In this document: positions 24,027 to 37,217 of the stretch, in pieces
How the letters are laid out: the number at the start of each line of letters is the position of its first letter
How positions within the stretch are numbered: position 1 is the stretch's first letter
Origin: Sphaerodactylus townsendi
Taxonomy: Eukaryota
DNA length: 64,000 nt
Assembly: GCF_021028975.2 (NCBI RefSeq)
Contig: NC_059436.1
Location: 11,780,001-11,844,000, forward strand
Direction: 5' to 3'
The notes under the pieces: generated by a model
Told to the model about the DNA's origin: nothing
The model's input: the letters and a program-made list of their open reading frames with translations, nothing else
The model's database searches: none
Translations under genes and position numbers: made by a program

Positions 24027-24773
24027 TGTGCCAAGAAACTACTGTGTGGTTGGCTTGACAAAACCTTGCTTCAGCCCAACAATATCCATCGTACCTCAGA
24101 AACAGCTTTGCTGCTTCACAAAGTTCCTGGCCAGTGTTAGGTGATACAATTAATTTTTTTTAGCTCCCACACTCATGGTTACCCTAATGGCCCACCTCTA
24201 GCTGCCATTCCAACTGTCATATTTAAACAGCCAGTTCCTAACTGACATTCTCAACACTTGGCTCCTATTGGCTGCTGTACAGTTGTACAGTTTGAGCTTC
24301 TACATTGATCGCAGAGAGTCTCCTTGCTTTGAATTGACTTGACTAAGATGAAATACAATAGACTTGTTACATGGGTTTAGTTTTTTTAAAAAACAGATGG
24401 GATAATCCAATTTCATTTGCATCACGGCTCTTATTTTAAGAAATCATTTAACAGGATTATTCTTTAGTTATTATTACTCCCCCCACCCCTCACATTTCAA
24501 TAGACTTTGTTCAGTCAGATTTATGGTGATTGGCATGTAAGATCATTAATTCTCCCCAAGTAGATTTTTGGTACTTAGTGTCATTGAGGTGAATTTCTCA
24601 GAGAATCCCATTGTATCACTGTGAGCTCATTCACCACCAGTGTCAACACAAATGGGAAAGGATTCCAGGAAAATTGGTAACAATAAAGCCATTAAAGGCA
24701 ATGAAGGAATCCAATGTTTATCTAAGAAAAAAGGTTAATGAGGGGCTGGGTACTATTTCAGTGATAGAACTAC

Positions 24774-24917
24774 CAGGGGTGGCAGCCAACCTATGGCGTT
24801 CCAGATGTTCATGGACTACAATTCCCATCAGCCCCTGCCAGCAATTTGCCATGTTGGCAGGGGTGATGGGAATTGTAGTCCATGAACATCTGGAGCACCA
24901 TAGTTTGGCCACCCCTG
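24774..24917. mobile_element. Full-length hairpin hAT MITE
   Basis: Near-perfect palindrome CAGGGGTGGC...TCCAGATGTTCATGGACTACAATTCCCATCA / TGATGGGAATTGTAGTCCATGAACATCTGGA...GCCACCCCTG. Confidence 0.9.
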
Positions 24918-25195
24918 AACTAGACACTCCTCCCACATTCGTTTTTGGCATCTCCAGGTAAAGGTTATTGAGCAATGTTACAGTAGTGGGATTTAATAAG
25001 ATTCCAGTGTTTACTATTAGATATAAACTTTTATACTTATAAAATATGATACATATAAACTATGGTACTTATAATAGATTCATCTATCCAGTTTGGCTGT
25101 GTTTAGTTCAGTGATAGTATAATCTTAGAAATCACAGCATCTTTTCTAAATGTTCATAGACTGTTTGATGATTTCCTAATCAGGTATTGATATCA

Positions 25196-25358
25196 AATTC
25201 ATTGCATCAGAGAGTTGTGGAGTCTCCTTCTCTGGAGGTTTTGGAACAGAGGCTGGATGAACATATGTTGGGAGTGCTTTGATTGTGTTTTCCTGCATGG
25301 CAGGGGGTTGGACTTGATGGCCCTTGGAGTCTCTTTCAACTCTATGATTCTATGATTC
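25196..25358 (+). mobile_element. CR1 3' end
   Basis: GTGGAGTCTCCTTCTCTGGAGGTTTT...TTGGACTTGATGGCCCTT...TCTATGATTCTATGATTC. Confidence 0.92.
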
Positions 25359-25490
25359 AAACGGATGGGTTGGTAGTTACCTAGATCATGGCAGCATGCA
25401 TAATTTCTCCTTTTTACTCCTTGCAACAACCATATAAAGTGAGTTAGGCTAAGAGAGACTGACCACCCCAAAGTCATCCAGCAACGGGGA

Positions 25491-25725
25491 CCTGTTTCCC
25501 CCAAAATAAGACCTACCCTGAAAATAAGACCTAGCATGATTTTTTGGGATTTTTTGGGGATGCTTGAAATATAAGCCCTACTCCAAAAATAAGCCCTAGT
25601 TATAGATTCCCCGGCACAGCTGATCTGGCCATGTAGGGGGCACAAAATCATGGGGGGAAAAAGGCATCCCCTGAAAATAAACCCTAACGCACCTTTTGGA
25701 GCAAAAATTAATATAAGACCCTGTC
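25491..25725. mobile_element. Tc2/pogo-like Tc1-mariner MITE (right end lost)
   Basis: TGTTTCCCCCAAAATAAGACC start with repeated AAAATAAG(A/C)CCTA subterminal motifs. Confidence 0.7.
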
Positions 25726-27459
25726 AAACAGCCTTTACTGTCAGGAAGTTTTTCCAGATGTTTATGTGCCATAGCTTCATTGCAATGATTTCTTGTTAAC
25801 TTTCAATATATTTTTATCCTGGGATTATATTGTGGCATGTGCAATAACAATAGCGTGATATCTTTCCACTGAGGAATATGAGGATCTTAGCCGCAGAAGC
25901 CCATTTTAGATTATAGTGGCTTTGTGGATTTGGATGATCTTTCATCTTGTTCGCTGATTCTCTCTTGTCTGAGTCCTTCTATCCTATGTCTCTTGGAGAA
26001 CCACCAAGAAAGTTCCATACAGGATTATTTGCACTCATACTTATTGTGACTTTTTCCATATGTGTTTGGACCTCTGCTCTAACCACCTCAGATATTGGCT
26101 CAGGTACAGAATGAACTTCTGAAGGGTGGGAAGGCAGCCAATGGAAGAGATACCTCCAAGCCCAGAGATGCTGAGTTTGCTTGAGCGGGCAAGTATGTGG
26201 CAATCCAGCAGGAGAGTTCAGCAGGGGTTTGTAACCCTCCCACTACGCTTATAAAGGCTTGTATTGCTCAGGCGTCAAGCAGCAGAGGCTACGGGTAGTG
26301 GATTGTCCTTTTACATTTTCAGGTTAGTCACAGAAGCCTCTAATTTCCTGAGATCTGAGGCTACCCTATGAGACTGCACAGAAGCGATATGGAAGAAAGA
26401 TGAGGGTAGCGAGTGGGGGAGAAGAAGCAAAAAGCGGCAAGCTTGTAAAAGTCAGTTTTGAAAAAAATCAATTTTCTGCTGTGACACGATTTGCTTAAGG
26501 CTTTTCCTTCTATGAAATCAGCCCATCATCTTTCAGGAACGCAAGGAGGAGGTGGCGAGCGTGCCTCAGAGTAACTTAGATTAAAGACTGCTAAATTAGG
26601 CTTTAGGGCCCTCCTCTTGCGAAGAGGACGGAAAATGAACCACAGGATCCCTAAATCCTCCTCTTCAGCCCCGCCACCAACATGGGTATTAAGGCTGAAC
26701 TGGCCTTTTAAGAAATCGCAATGTATCACTTGCCCAGCGGAGAAGGGGACGGAAGAAGCGGGAAAGAAATTGTCCCTCCTGCTAGGTCTCCTCTTCCCTG
26801 AAGAGAAACTGGCTGTGCCACATCACCTCAGATCTTTTCTCTTTCTAAAGATGTTTGTTCCGAGTTTCCACTCGGAGGCTTTAGCAGTGTCATTAAAACC
26901 CATCCTGTTAATACATCACTGATGAAACTCTTCTAAGAGCTTCAAATCTGGGCTATTAAGCTGCAAAAAGCTACACTCTCCGTTTTATGTACACATGTGC
27001 AGGGACATCTGCACAAATGTGAAGTTGATCCGGGTTTTTGTTTTTTAAATCTATACTGCTAGAACCAGTGGGGTATTGGGGCCCCCAGACTGATTGCATC
27101 AAAGTCTTAAAGCTTGCCTGGTGAGCCACTCCATTTATCCCGGCTCTCAGGATTGCTGTGAAAATAAAATGGAAGTGAGGACAAGTAGATGTGCTAACTT
27201 GTGCTCCTAGGAGAAAGCACCAGTTTTTTTTAAAAAAACAACAACAGTAACAGCTAAGTGACCATTTGGCTTTGATTTTAAAGAGGACAGGGCTATTTAA
27301 CACCTTCCCCCCCTTTTTCTGTTGAAAATCACTCCTAAATTGCACTGAGGATATATGTGTGTTTTCACCAGCATGGATAAGAGCAGCTGAGGACAATTAT
27401 TTTCAGAAGGAAATGTGCCAAAGACCATGTCTTGGTCTTCCCCTTTAAACCATTAAAAA

Positions 27460-28028
27460 GTAAAGGTAGTCCACTGTGCAAGCACCAGGCAGTAGCGGAG
27501 CTACAATGGGGCTGGGAGGGGGGAACTCCCCAGGCACAGGCGCACGGGGTGTGTGTGAGAATCACTCCCCCCGCACATGCTGCCTCAGGTCGCCTCCATG
27601 GCCCGCAGCAGCCCCCAAGGACTGCAGCAGGCTGCTTTTTTTTATTTAAAAAGGTATGTGAGAGGTGTTTTGGGGGGGGCGGGGGGACAGGGGGGCATGC
27701 TGGGGGAATGGAGCTGCCATTTTGCCCCAGACACCATTTTTTCCATCCTATGGCACTGGCACTGAGTCATTACTGACCCATGGGGTGGAATCACATTATG
27801 ATGTCTACTAGGCTATGTTAGTGGGGTGGTTTGCCATTGCCTTCCTCAGTCATCTACATTTTACCCCCAGCAAGCTGGGTACTCATTTTACCAATCTTGG
27901 AAGGATGGAAGGGCTAAGTCAACTTTGACTCAGATACGTGAACCTGACTTTTGTCGGGATTGAACTCAGGTCATGAGCAAAGATTTGACTGCAGTACTGC
28001 AGCTGAGCACTCTGTGCCACAAAGCTCC
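27460..28028 (-). mobile_element. Sauria SINE interrupted by a hAT MITE
   Basis: Tail GTAAAGGTAGTCCACTGTGCAAGCACC (27460-27486); body resumes at 27759 (GGGGTGGTTTGCCATTGCC...GGGTACTCATTTTACC...GAAGGATGGAAGG). Confidence 0.85.
27490..27758. mobile_element. hAT MITE (CAGTGGCGTAGC-type ends)
   Basis: CAGTAGCGGAGCT...CCTATGGCACTG; degenerate 8-bp TSD GCACCAGG/GCACTGAG. Confidence 0.65.
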
Positions 28029-28168
28029 TTTAAATCATTAGCATTATATAATTGTCTCAAAAGTATTTTAAAATCAACCACAGAAGTACACGCAAAGAGT
28101 AATTCCCTCTTATTAGGTATAGGGTTGGTCCATTCATGCCTCTCTCTGCCAAGAGCATGGTCCACACT

Positions 28169-28335
28169 NNNNNNNNNNNNNNNNNNNNNNNNNNNNNNNN
28201 NNNNNNNNNNNNNNNNNNNNNNNNNNNNNNNNNNNNNNNNNNNNNNNNNNNNNNNNNNNNNNNNNNNNNNNNNNNNNNNNNNNNNNNNNNNNNNNNNNNN
28301 NNNNNNNNNNNNNNNNNNNNNNNNNNNNNNNNNNN
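28169..28335. other. Assembly gap
   Basis: Run of N. Confidence 1.
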
Positions 28336-29334
28336 TATTGATAAGCTGCTCTTTCCTTTGCAGGCTCAGGGACATTTCTAACATGGAATAAATACAATAA
28401 CCTACTCTTCGCCAGTTGGCATTATCAGCCTTGTTTGAGAGAGAATTTTGGAGCTACTTCTGATTTGCAACTGTGAACACCGGGATAGGCCTGTCCTCAG
28501 CACATTGTGTGGAAGTGCGTTCGAGAGAATGAAGGGAGAGTCTTTGTTGGCATGCGACTGTGCCAAGCAGAGGATAGCAGGACAGATGCTTTGCTATTGC
28601 ATAAGGCGGCCTGGTTTGTCTGCGGCAAGGATCTCGCAGGTAATGGGCATAATCAAGCAAAAGTTGTCTGTGACTAAGTGCCATCAAAAGAGATGGAATG
28701 GGACTGTGTGTGGGACTAATTTAGGCGCCACTGATGTAATCCTTAGCTTTTTACTGAATTGCGCTCATTATCTCTGAGCACAGAAAGCAGCATTAAATCG
28801 GGAAATCCCATTCTCTTGCCAAATTTACTAATTTCAACTGAACTAAGGGCTGATTCAATGTCATTTCATGCATTTCGGTTTCTCGATACATAGATAATCT
28901 CTGCGTGGAAACAACGTATGTTTACTGCATCAGCTGGTTAATCATACTCACGAGGCACCTTTCTCGTTACTTTCATCCCGTATTTTCTTCAATGGAGATC
29001 AACTTTGTGTAAAGAGATTAGAAATGTGTCAAGAACATCCTTCCCATGCCAGGCATGGAAAAGCTGCTATGACTCTTTCTAGATCCTTCTGAAAATGCAG
29101 TGGATGCTTTTCTTGTCCCCTCATTGCAGCTCTACTGAACTGCCCACCACAGTCCTCCAGATCTGTTCTTCCCCCCAGATCATAGGTTAGTAGAGAAGGA
29201 ATTTCATATGCACAAAACATTTATATATTACAACCATCCCACTTAGAAGGACAAGCTGCCATCTGAAAAATACTAATGAGGTCCTCCGAGCAACCTGGAC
29301 CCAATTTCCCAGTTATGGCGGTAAAGTAGTTAGA

Positions 29335-29827
29335 GGCCACTTCCACATGGCACAATCATACCTGATTACAATTGGTTTCTTACAACCCAGGTCTGTTTTA
29401 TCCTGGTTTCTCCCTTCGCATGGTTGCCTGTTTTGTGAAGGAATCCAGTGAAGACCAGGAGGAAATACTCCAATTTCTTTTGCATGAGCCCGGGACTTCT
29501 GTATTTACATTGCAAGCATATTTGAGCATGCCCATTGTCCCACATTCTGATTGGATGTTGTTTTTGAGTGGCAGCTTGAATGAACATGAAGCAGGGAGAT
29601 GGAGGGGCGGGGAGATCAGGCATCTGCTCCCATGGTATTTGCACACCCCAGGCTCACCCCAGAAGTTTGGAAAAGAATCGCCAATTTGACAATTTTTGAA
29701 TACCCTGGGAGGAGGGAAATATCGTGGGGCAAACTCTCTTGAGGACCAGGAACCGTGTGAAACTCTTGTATGGAACGGGGTGTTTCTCATGCTCAATCCA
29801 GGATACTTAGACTGTGTGGAAACGGCC
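29335..29827. mobile_element. PIF/Harbinger non-autonomous element inserted in an old SINE
   Basis: TIRs GGCCACTTCCACA / TGTGGAAACGGCC, 3-bp direct repeat AGA; SINE core continues to about 30000. Confidence 0.7.
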
Positions 29828-32800
29828 AGACTAGCTGGGAGATAAGGGTACAAACTCCCACACATCCAGGAAGCTGATTGACCATGGGCCAATTACTCTC
29901 TTCCAGCCCAACCTACCATACAGATTTGCTGTGAGGATCAAATGGAAAAGACAGAACTGTCTATGTTGTTCTGAGCTCCTTCAGGGAAAAGCAGGATAAG
30001 AACGTTCACGGCACTCCCTTTATCTAGGGAAAAAACCCTGTGAATGGTCCTTTTGCCACCCATAAAAGATTTCTTCTTCCTGGGATGCTGGACTAATATG
30101 ATTACAGTAGCACAAAAGAAATCTGAAGGATTTCTAACTTTGCAGTTCTGGGTTGTTTTCTCCCTGTTTTTCATTTCCGTTTCAGAACAGAAGGTCTAGT
30201 TCTCCAGTGCGAAACAACAAAAGGCAATCCAGGAGGGAAAAAATATAAATGACAAAAAAGGTAGTTTCAGTAACTGGAGGCTTCAGTGTGTGAAAAAGAG
30301 TAATTAGATGCGTTCTCAAGCTCCTGGGAAAACCCAAGGGCTTGTTCTCAAATACTTAATCAAAGAGAGGTGAATATTCACACAAGCTAAGCATTTTTTT
30401 TCAGGGAATTCTCTACTCCCATTGATATGGGGAAGGTATAAGGGTGGAGAACATTTGAGGCAGCTCTAATCCATAATGCATTTGGGCAGATTCAGCTGAA
30501 CATGGGTGACTCAGCCATGGCACAGAACTTCATTATAGAATCAGGTCACTCAACAAATATGAGATGACTGCATAGCAACTTTGCACAGTCCAGGTTCTGC
30601 ACTGGGGCACACAACTGGGGAATGACCAGATGTCCCTTGAGAAAGCTCATCCCTCTGCCTCTGCTTATCCACACTCAGAGAAGCCTAACTCTTCTGCGTG
30701 ACTCTCTCATCTAACTGCAAAGAGGCAAGGCCAATTCAGTGACTCACACAGAGAGGCGGCAATCAGCCTCCTCTGCGCAAGGGCTGCTGTTGCAGCACAA
30801 CATTTAGCAACTGCATTCGACAGGTTACAAGCCACTTTGATGCCCACCTCTGTTTCAAATCTTCCTGGTAACCCATTCAAATGCCATGCCTCCACCCCCA
30901 CATTCGGCAACCAGCTCCTTGGCTGCAATTTGCTGAGCTAGCACAGCCTGCCAGCTGCTGAGTGGCTTTTTTGTTTGTTTGTTTGTTTCGTTTCTTTCTC
31001 CACGGCTGCCTTTTGGTATTTTCTTTCCCCCGTTCCGTGCGGGCGCTCTGAGATGCAAAGCCAGCTGTTGCGGTGATTACATTTTAATGTCTCAAGCTGG
31101 GAGTCTGCATTTTGGCTACACACTCAAAAACTGTTAGCAGCTAATGGTTACAACTACCTTTGAAGTCACACTGTGTCTGTGAGCACATAAGAATGAGTAT
31201 GTGGGTGGGTGGGTGGGTAAGGGGCTGGGGTAGATGTGTGCACGGCTCGGTGCTTCTCTCGGTGCTGTTAGCTCCATCTGTTTTCGCTGAAGGCACTGGT
31301 ACATTCCAAATCCTTGACAGCCCTCCTTTTTAAATATTAATATAGCAGCAATTGTTATTTAAAACAAGCTTAATGTAGCAGATACTTCTAAACTGGCACA
31401 GACAGCAGGGAGACACAAATGTGCCAATATAAATAAAGGTGCCAGCAAGGAGAAGTTCTGGGAACACACCACACAAGACAAAAGTCAGCCTTGTCTTTTG
31501 TCTTGTGGAATAAGGGAAGAAACACATAGAAACAACAATAAAAATAAAACCTCTGTTAAAGTAAGCCTGAATTTGGGTCAGCGGAAGTGCATGCAGCTGA
31601 GGCAGCCAGCAAGTATGTGGTGGTGGAGATCGTCAGGGCAAAAAGTCAGAGACTAAGGTTCTGAAAGTGTCGCATCAGCAGAGCCCAGATATGCGTCGGC
31701 ATGACCAAGATCTCAAAGGGCACCAACAATCAATGCCAGCTTGATGCCACTTTTTTCTTGCCAGGCCCTGAGAAGGAGACAGATCAGGCAACAATGGATG
31801 GATTTCTTATTTCAGTGTCTGATTTGGGGGTGGGGGTGTGGAGTCACAACATGGCAGGAAACTTTTTGGAGCAAAACCAACTGAAGCAGTCATCCAAGAT
31901 CCTCTGCAAGCTTGAAAGCGGCTTAATTTGTCTAGTAGTCATCCAAGGATCAGGCTGAGTTTTCTGGTATTTCTGGGATTCCCCAATACCTGCAACTGTA
32001 GCACAGGTTGCATCCTAGAGGACCCTTGTTTTCTTTCTCAGAACAAAATTATGCTTTCAGATGGCCAACAGCAGCAGCAGCAAGCCACATGCATGTTGTC
32101 AATGCTGGATGCTGTAACCGTATTTACTCAGAAGTAAACCCATTTATTTCAGTGGTATTGACTTTGTGGGCTGAGGTCTGCCTTCTCCACTGAACATGCT
32201 GAGAAGAACCTTTGTCTCCTATAGAAGAGTTTCTCTTGGAGGCTGGAGATCCATTCCTTCAAGGGTGTGTGCCTTGGCAAAACCTCTCTTAGCACAGATA
32301 CCGGATGTTTATGTACTTTTAAATTATTTGCATGTCTCTTGGAAGCTAACCAATAGTCAGCAAAAATGGACTTTCTGTGCTTTTAACACATCTAGAAGAC
32401 TCATGTTACAATATTAAAAAGATTACAAAAGCCACACAGCTGGTACATTAATGGATTGAGAACCTTAGAACTCCACCTGTATTTAACACATGATTTGTAG
32501 ATGGCAACTGTGCACAGACTCATTTTTAGACTTTTGAAATCTATTCATGAAAACTTATGTGTAAGTCTGCCCCCACTAATATATTTTTGTCTTCATGCAT
32601 ATTCTTCTTAACTTTTTTCCTAAAGGAAAAAAAAAGAAAAGAGATCCTGGTACCTTTAATGCCACTTTGTCAAGGACAAGTGAAGGAGCTCCAGATCTTC
32701 CTTTTGTTTCTGCCATAATGGGAATAGCAGAATGCTGAATTTTTCACTGCCAGGCAGGTACCCCTGCCAGGAAAAAGAGGCAAACAGGCAGCCATGCTGC

Positions 32801-33369
32801 TGCCCGGAAGCATTGATCTTCAGGGTATCAGGTAGCCATTTCTGAAGCATTGCTAAATTACACCGTTGTCCTGCCAATTCTCTGAGGAGCCCTGGGCAGG
32901 TTCTTCTCTATTTCATCTTCCCTGATGACAGGGCTGTACCCAATGGGATGAACAGACTAGAGGGCATTGTAACATCCACTTGTTTCTCTTCCTTCACTAA
33001 AAGCTTGCCTGTTGTGTCTCTTTTGTCCCCTCCCAACCCACAGATCCGAATGAAAGGGAGGAGTCAATTTCCTCAGCTGTCATAGGGGCACATTCGAGAC
33101 CTGCCGAGAACCTCTTAAGCAGCAGTTGATGTGCTGTTAATATTTGATGAGCCAGCCATGCTGTCAGTTCAGAGACAAAACAGTGCTTTGGGGAAAGATC
33201 TTTGCCCAACACTGTCCCCCAAGCAAACTGTGGAATCTTACCCCTCCACCCCAAGCTCCTTTGTTTCTTGCATCCTTTGGGCTACCAGAAGCATGTGAGG
33301 AAGAGTCAATAAATAATGCATATGAAAATTCTGTGTAAATTAAGGACCGCAATGTTGAATCTAGCTATT

Positions 33370-33552
33370 CATCAATCCTATTTTATTCCCCTATCCCCAA
33401 TGATGCACACTTCTCTATTCCTCCATTTTATTTTCATAGCAACCCTGTGAGTTAGGTAACACTAACATACTGATTAGACCAAGGTCACCTAGAGAGCTTT
33501 GGGGTGGACTTGGTATTTGATCTTTGATCTTCCCAGTTAACCACACTGGCTC
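33370..33552 (-). mobile_element. Old CORE SINE
   Basis: CTCCATTTTA...CAACCCTGTGAG...CCAAGGTCACC...AACCACACTGGCTC. Confidence 0.65.
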
Positions 33553-33577
33553 TTGGCCATTTTAAGTGATTCCATAT

Positions 33578-33758
33578 GTAAGTGCTGTCAAGCTGCACTG
33601 AACTTAAGGCAGCTCCAGAAAGAAACTTTCATGGCAAGTGAGAAGCAGAAATGGTTTGCCATTGCCTTCCTCTACAGAAACTTTCTTGGTGGTCTTCTAT
33701 CAAAGTACTGATCCTGCTTAGCTTCTAAGACCAAACAAGAGCAGCTTATACCATGATG
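33578..33758 (-). mobile_element. 5S-Sauria-type SINE
   Basis: TGGTTTGCCATTGCCTTCC...CTTGGTGGTCT...CTGCTTAGCTTC. Confidence 0.75.
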
Positions 33759-33889
33759 CCTTCTCTCCCTTAAGTGATTAGTCAAACATATTAATACTTT
33801 TAATTAATTCAGTTGACTTAGAAGGGTGTAACTCTGTATAAGATTGCACTGCAAATAACTTGTGACCAATTACTGAGTTTGCGTGTACG

Positions 33890-34083
33890 GGTGCCGTCTA
33901 GTCATAGCTGACTCATGGTCATTCTGTCAGTTTTCAAGGCCAGATACATTTGGAGGTGGTTTGCCATTGCCTGCCTCTGTGTCAAACTCTGGTAGTCCTT
34001 GGAGGTCGCCCATTCAAATTCTAACCAGGGCCAACCCTACTTAGCTTCTGAGATCTGATGAGATCAGACTAGCCTGGAGCTAC
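33890..34083 (-). mobile_element. 5S-Sauria-type SINE
   Basis: TTTTCAAGGC...GGTGGTTTGCCATTGCC...CCTTGGAGGTC...CTTAGCTTCTGAGATCTGATGAGATCAG. Confidence 0.85.
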
Positions 34084-34802
34084 CCACGTTAGGCCATGAC
34101 CAATTAGAATATGCCCTGATTAATCAAGCCACATTTAATTTTAATACATACACCAGCACTATCTGAAAAGAGGATTCCCCTTCTTTCTCACATAGGAAGG
34201 AATGCCTCTTCTAAAATTATAATTGTTCTGACATGTTTGTTTATTTATTATACTTAATTATTTGCAGTCCACTTTTCTCACTGAGACCCCAGATTATGTG
34301 TGTAGATTCTGGAAATAAAGTATACTTTGTTTTGCTTTGGATTTTTGTGTGCTTTCATGCAAAATGTATGCACATAAAATGGTCCAATTCACCGACTACA
34401 ATTGATGCAATTAATTGACTAAAATTTGTTTAATCAAGTGGTGGTTCTAATAAGGGTAAAAATCCACACAGCTCTTCCCATCAGACGGTTGGTTCTGTTT
34501 AGTCTACTGTGTGACACTGACATATAGTTAAAGGTAGGCACAGCAGCTTTTAAAAAGATGCACATCCCATTAAAGCACACTTACAAATAATCAGAGATTT
34601 CTTACAGGTGAGTGATACTGAGAGATCTTTCTAAATTGGATGGGACAGGTTTTCCCCTGGCTATTGACTTGCTTCAAATGATTTAGGGGCAGGTTGGTAA
34701 CCATGTTCGTAAGCTGGTAACTTCGGCGAGAGTGTGTTTGGACTGTGCTTAAAAAGAATCAAATCCAATTTTACAGCAGTTTTGGTTTTAAATAGCTGAT
34801 AT

Positions 34803-35079
34803 GGACCGAGAGCATGGAGTAATGGATTCAAGGTGCAGGAAAAGAGATTCCACCTAAACATTAGGAAGAACTTCTGACCGTCAGGGCTGTTCGACAGTGG
34901 AATTCACTGCCTCAGAGAGTTGTGGAGTCTCCTTCTTTGGAGGTTTTTAAACAGAGGCTGGATGAACATATGTCAGGAGTGCTTTCATTGTGTGTTCCTG
35001 CATTGCAGGGGATTGGACTTGATTGCCCTTGGGGTCTCTTCCAGCTCCATGATTCTATAATTCTACGATTGTATGATTC
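34803..35079 (+). mobile_element. CR1 3' end
   Basis: AAAGAGATTCCACCTAAACATTAGGAAG...GGAGTCTCCTTCTTTGGAGG...ATGATTC tail. Confidence 0.92.
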
Positions 35080-36556
35080 AGAGCTTTCAAAGAGGTTTGA
35101 AATGGCAAGTGTTTTTAAAGAGGAGGGGAGGAGAAGGGAGATTTGAGGTGTGTTATTTTATTTTTGGTTTTAACATGACATATTATTGATCCTATGCCTC
35201 CTTGAACCACAAGGGAAAAATGAAGAATAACTGGTTTAATTAAAAAAATCAAAATAGGCACTTAAATGGTTTTTTTCAGTTTTCTAATTTACTGATTTTA
35301 AAAAACCTGGGCTTTATTGGCTTTTACACAGCACCAGTGGGGGGGGGGAGTGGGCATGGTGCAGAGGGAGAGCAGCCCTGATCCTTCATGCAGGGCTGAG
35401 TAGCCCAGCATGAAAGATTGCCCCCCCCCCCCCCGCAGCCTCTGCTGTCACAGACCTTTCAGACTTGGAAAGCAGAGAAGGGGGTGAGTGAGTCTGATTC
35501 TTCATCAGCCCTTTTGGATTTGGTTTTTTTTTCAACCCAAATATTTTCGGTGAGAGGCAAACAGAGCAGATAGATATCAGCTCTATTTGACTTTACCAAG
35601 TTAAAAACAGCCGAACCTGAAATGTACCAATAGATTCTATTGGTGCTCAAGCCTACTCTTGAAAGCTCATGTCCTGAAGAAATCAGAAAATGGGAGAATG
35701 TCTTAAGCATCTCCTGGTTTCTGTTGATGAGTAAAGTGAGGCACAAAGGAAACAAATAGCTGGTATCACACTGTGTCGCTGATATGCTGGAGAGAAGAAA
35801 CAAAACTGAAAGTCATCCAGTTGAATATGTACAATCAATAGTTGGTCAAATGTGTATCTGATGCTTTATGGAATAAACAGTGCCAGTGTTTTTTCCAGTG
35901 TCACGAGGACTAGAAACATGGTTTTACTGTAAGCATATAAGCACAGAATCCTTGAGCATGCTAACCTTTGAATGTGGTTGGCTTGTTGTAGCAGTGGGTG
36001 AAGTGCAGGGCCCAGTCTTTCTCATTGCCTCCTAGCTGTTACTTCAAAAGGGGTCAAGTACCCATCTGTCCAGCCGCACAGCTTGGATCCCTTGTGGCTC
36101 CAATAATACCAACAACTGCCGTTGCTTGTAAAGGTCTTTTTTTTAAAAAAAGTATTTGGAGTGGAAATCACTACATTAATGTACGAGTATCAGACATTTT
36201 TTTAACTGTCTACTCTGTAAGCGCCTCTTAACTACTTCACAAAAATAGAACTCAGCAACAACAGCAACCAGGAAGAGGGGAAGGGTGTCTGCATAGCACA
36301 TTAATAACATGTGAAACACCTTATTAGTGAACCAGGTTTCCCGTTTGCCTTCGCACTGGAGATTTCACCCCTCCAGGAAGCAATGGCAAACAGTCCGAGT
36401 TGCTGTGGCTCCTCTGGTTTCTCCAAAAGGATTGCTAGTTTAGTGATTTTTTTAAAAACACGGGGTGAGGGAAATATAACAGGCTGAACCTGCTTTGGGA
36501 AGAACCCTGTGTAATGTTCTTCCCCAAAATGGGATAAATAATTTCCTCAGCCCATT

Positions 36557-36749
36557 NNNNNNNNNNNNNNNNNNNNNNNNNNNNNNNNNNNNNNNNNNNN
36601 NNNNNNNNNNNNNNNNNNNNNNNNNNNNNNNNNNNNNNNNNNNNNNNNNNNNNNNNNNNNNNNNNNNNNNNNNNNNNNNNNNNNNNNNNNNNNNNNNNNN
36701 NNNNNNNNNNNNNNNNNNNNNNNNNNNNNNNNNNNNNNNNNNNNNNNNN
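36557..36749. other. Assembly gap
   Basis: Run of N. Confidence 1.
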
Positions 36750-37164
36750 GTCTCTTGCAATATTAAATTGTCACGTTTTAGGCTTCCATTTTAAAGATTC
36801 TCTTTCTTACTGCAAGCAATAAATAATAACATGGGAAAGGGGCGAAAACACCCCACAGACAAATGGCTGACATCAAAACCATGAGAAGATTGGCAAATAG
36901 TGAGATCTGAAGACAGGAAAGGGGAGGGTTTGCTTAGGAGTCAGTTCACGTAGCTTTGACTTCTGTTGCTTCACATTAATTTTACCCACCATCACAGGTG
37001 GTGGAAGGACGGCAGCAACTAATTACTTTCTCTCTCTCTTTCTCTGCGTGTCTTTTGCACAGACTCATACTCCCTCATGCTGTGCAGCGGGCCATGAGCA
37101 ACACAAGTAGGCTCCATGTCAACTCTGCCCTGAGCCCTGCGGAGATAGGGCAGGATATAAATCT

Positions 37165-37169
37165 AATAA

Positions 37170-37216
<47 letters not shown>

Positions 37217-37217
37217 A
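37165..37217. repeat. (TAAA)n microsatellite, probably an L2/SINE tail
   Basis: TAAA array preceded by CTGCCCTGAGCCC...AGGGCAGGATATAAAT. Confidence 0.9.
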
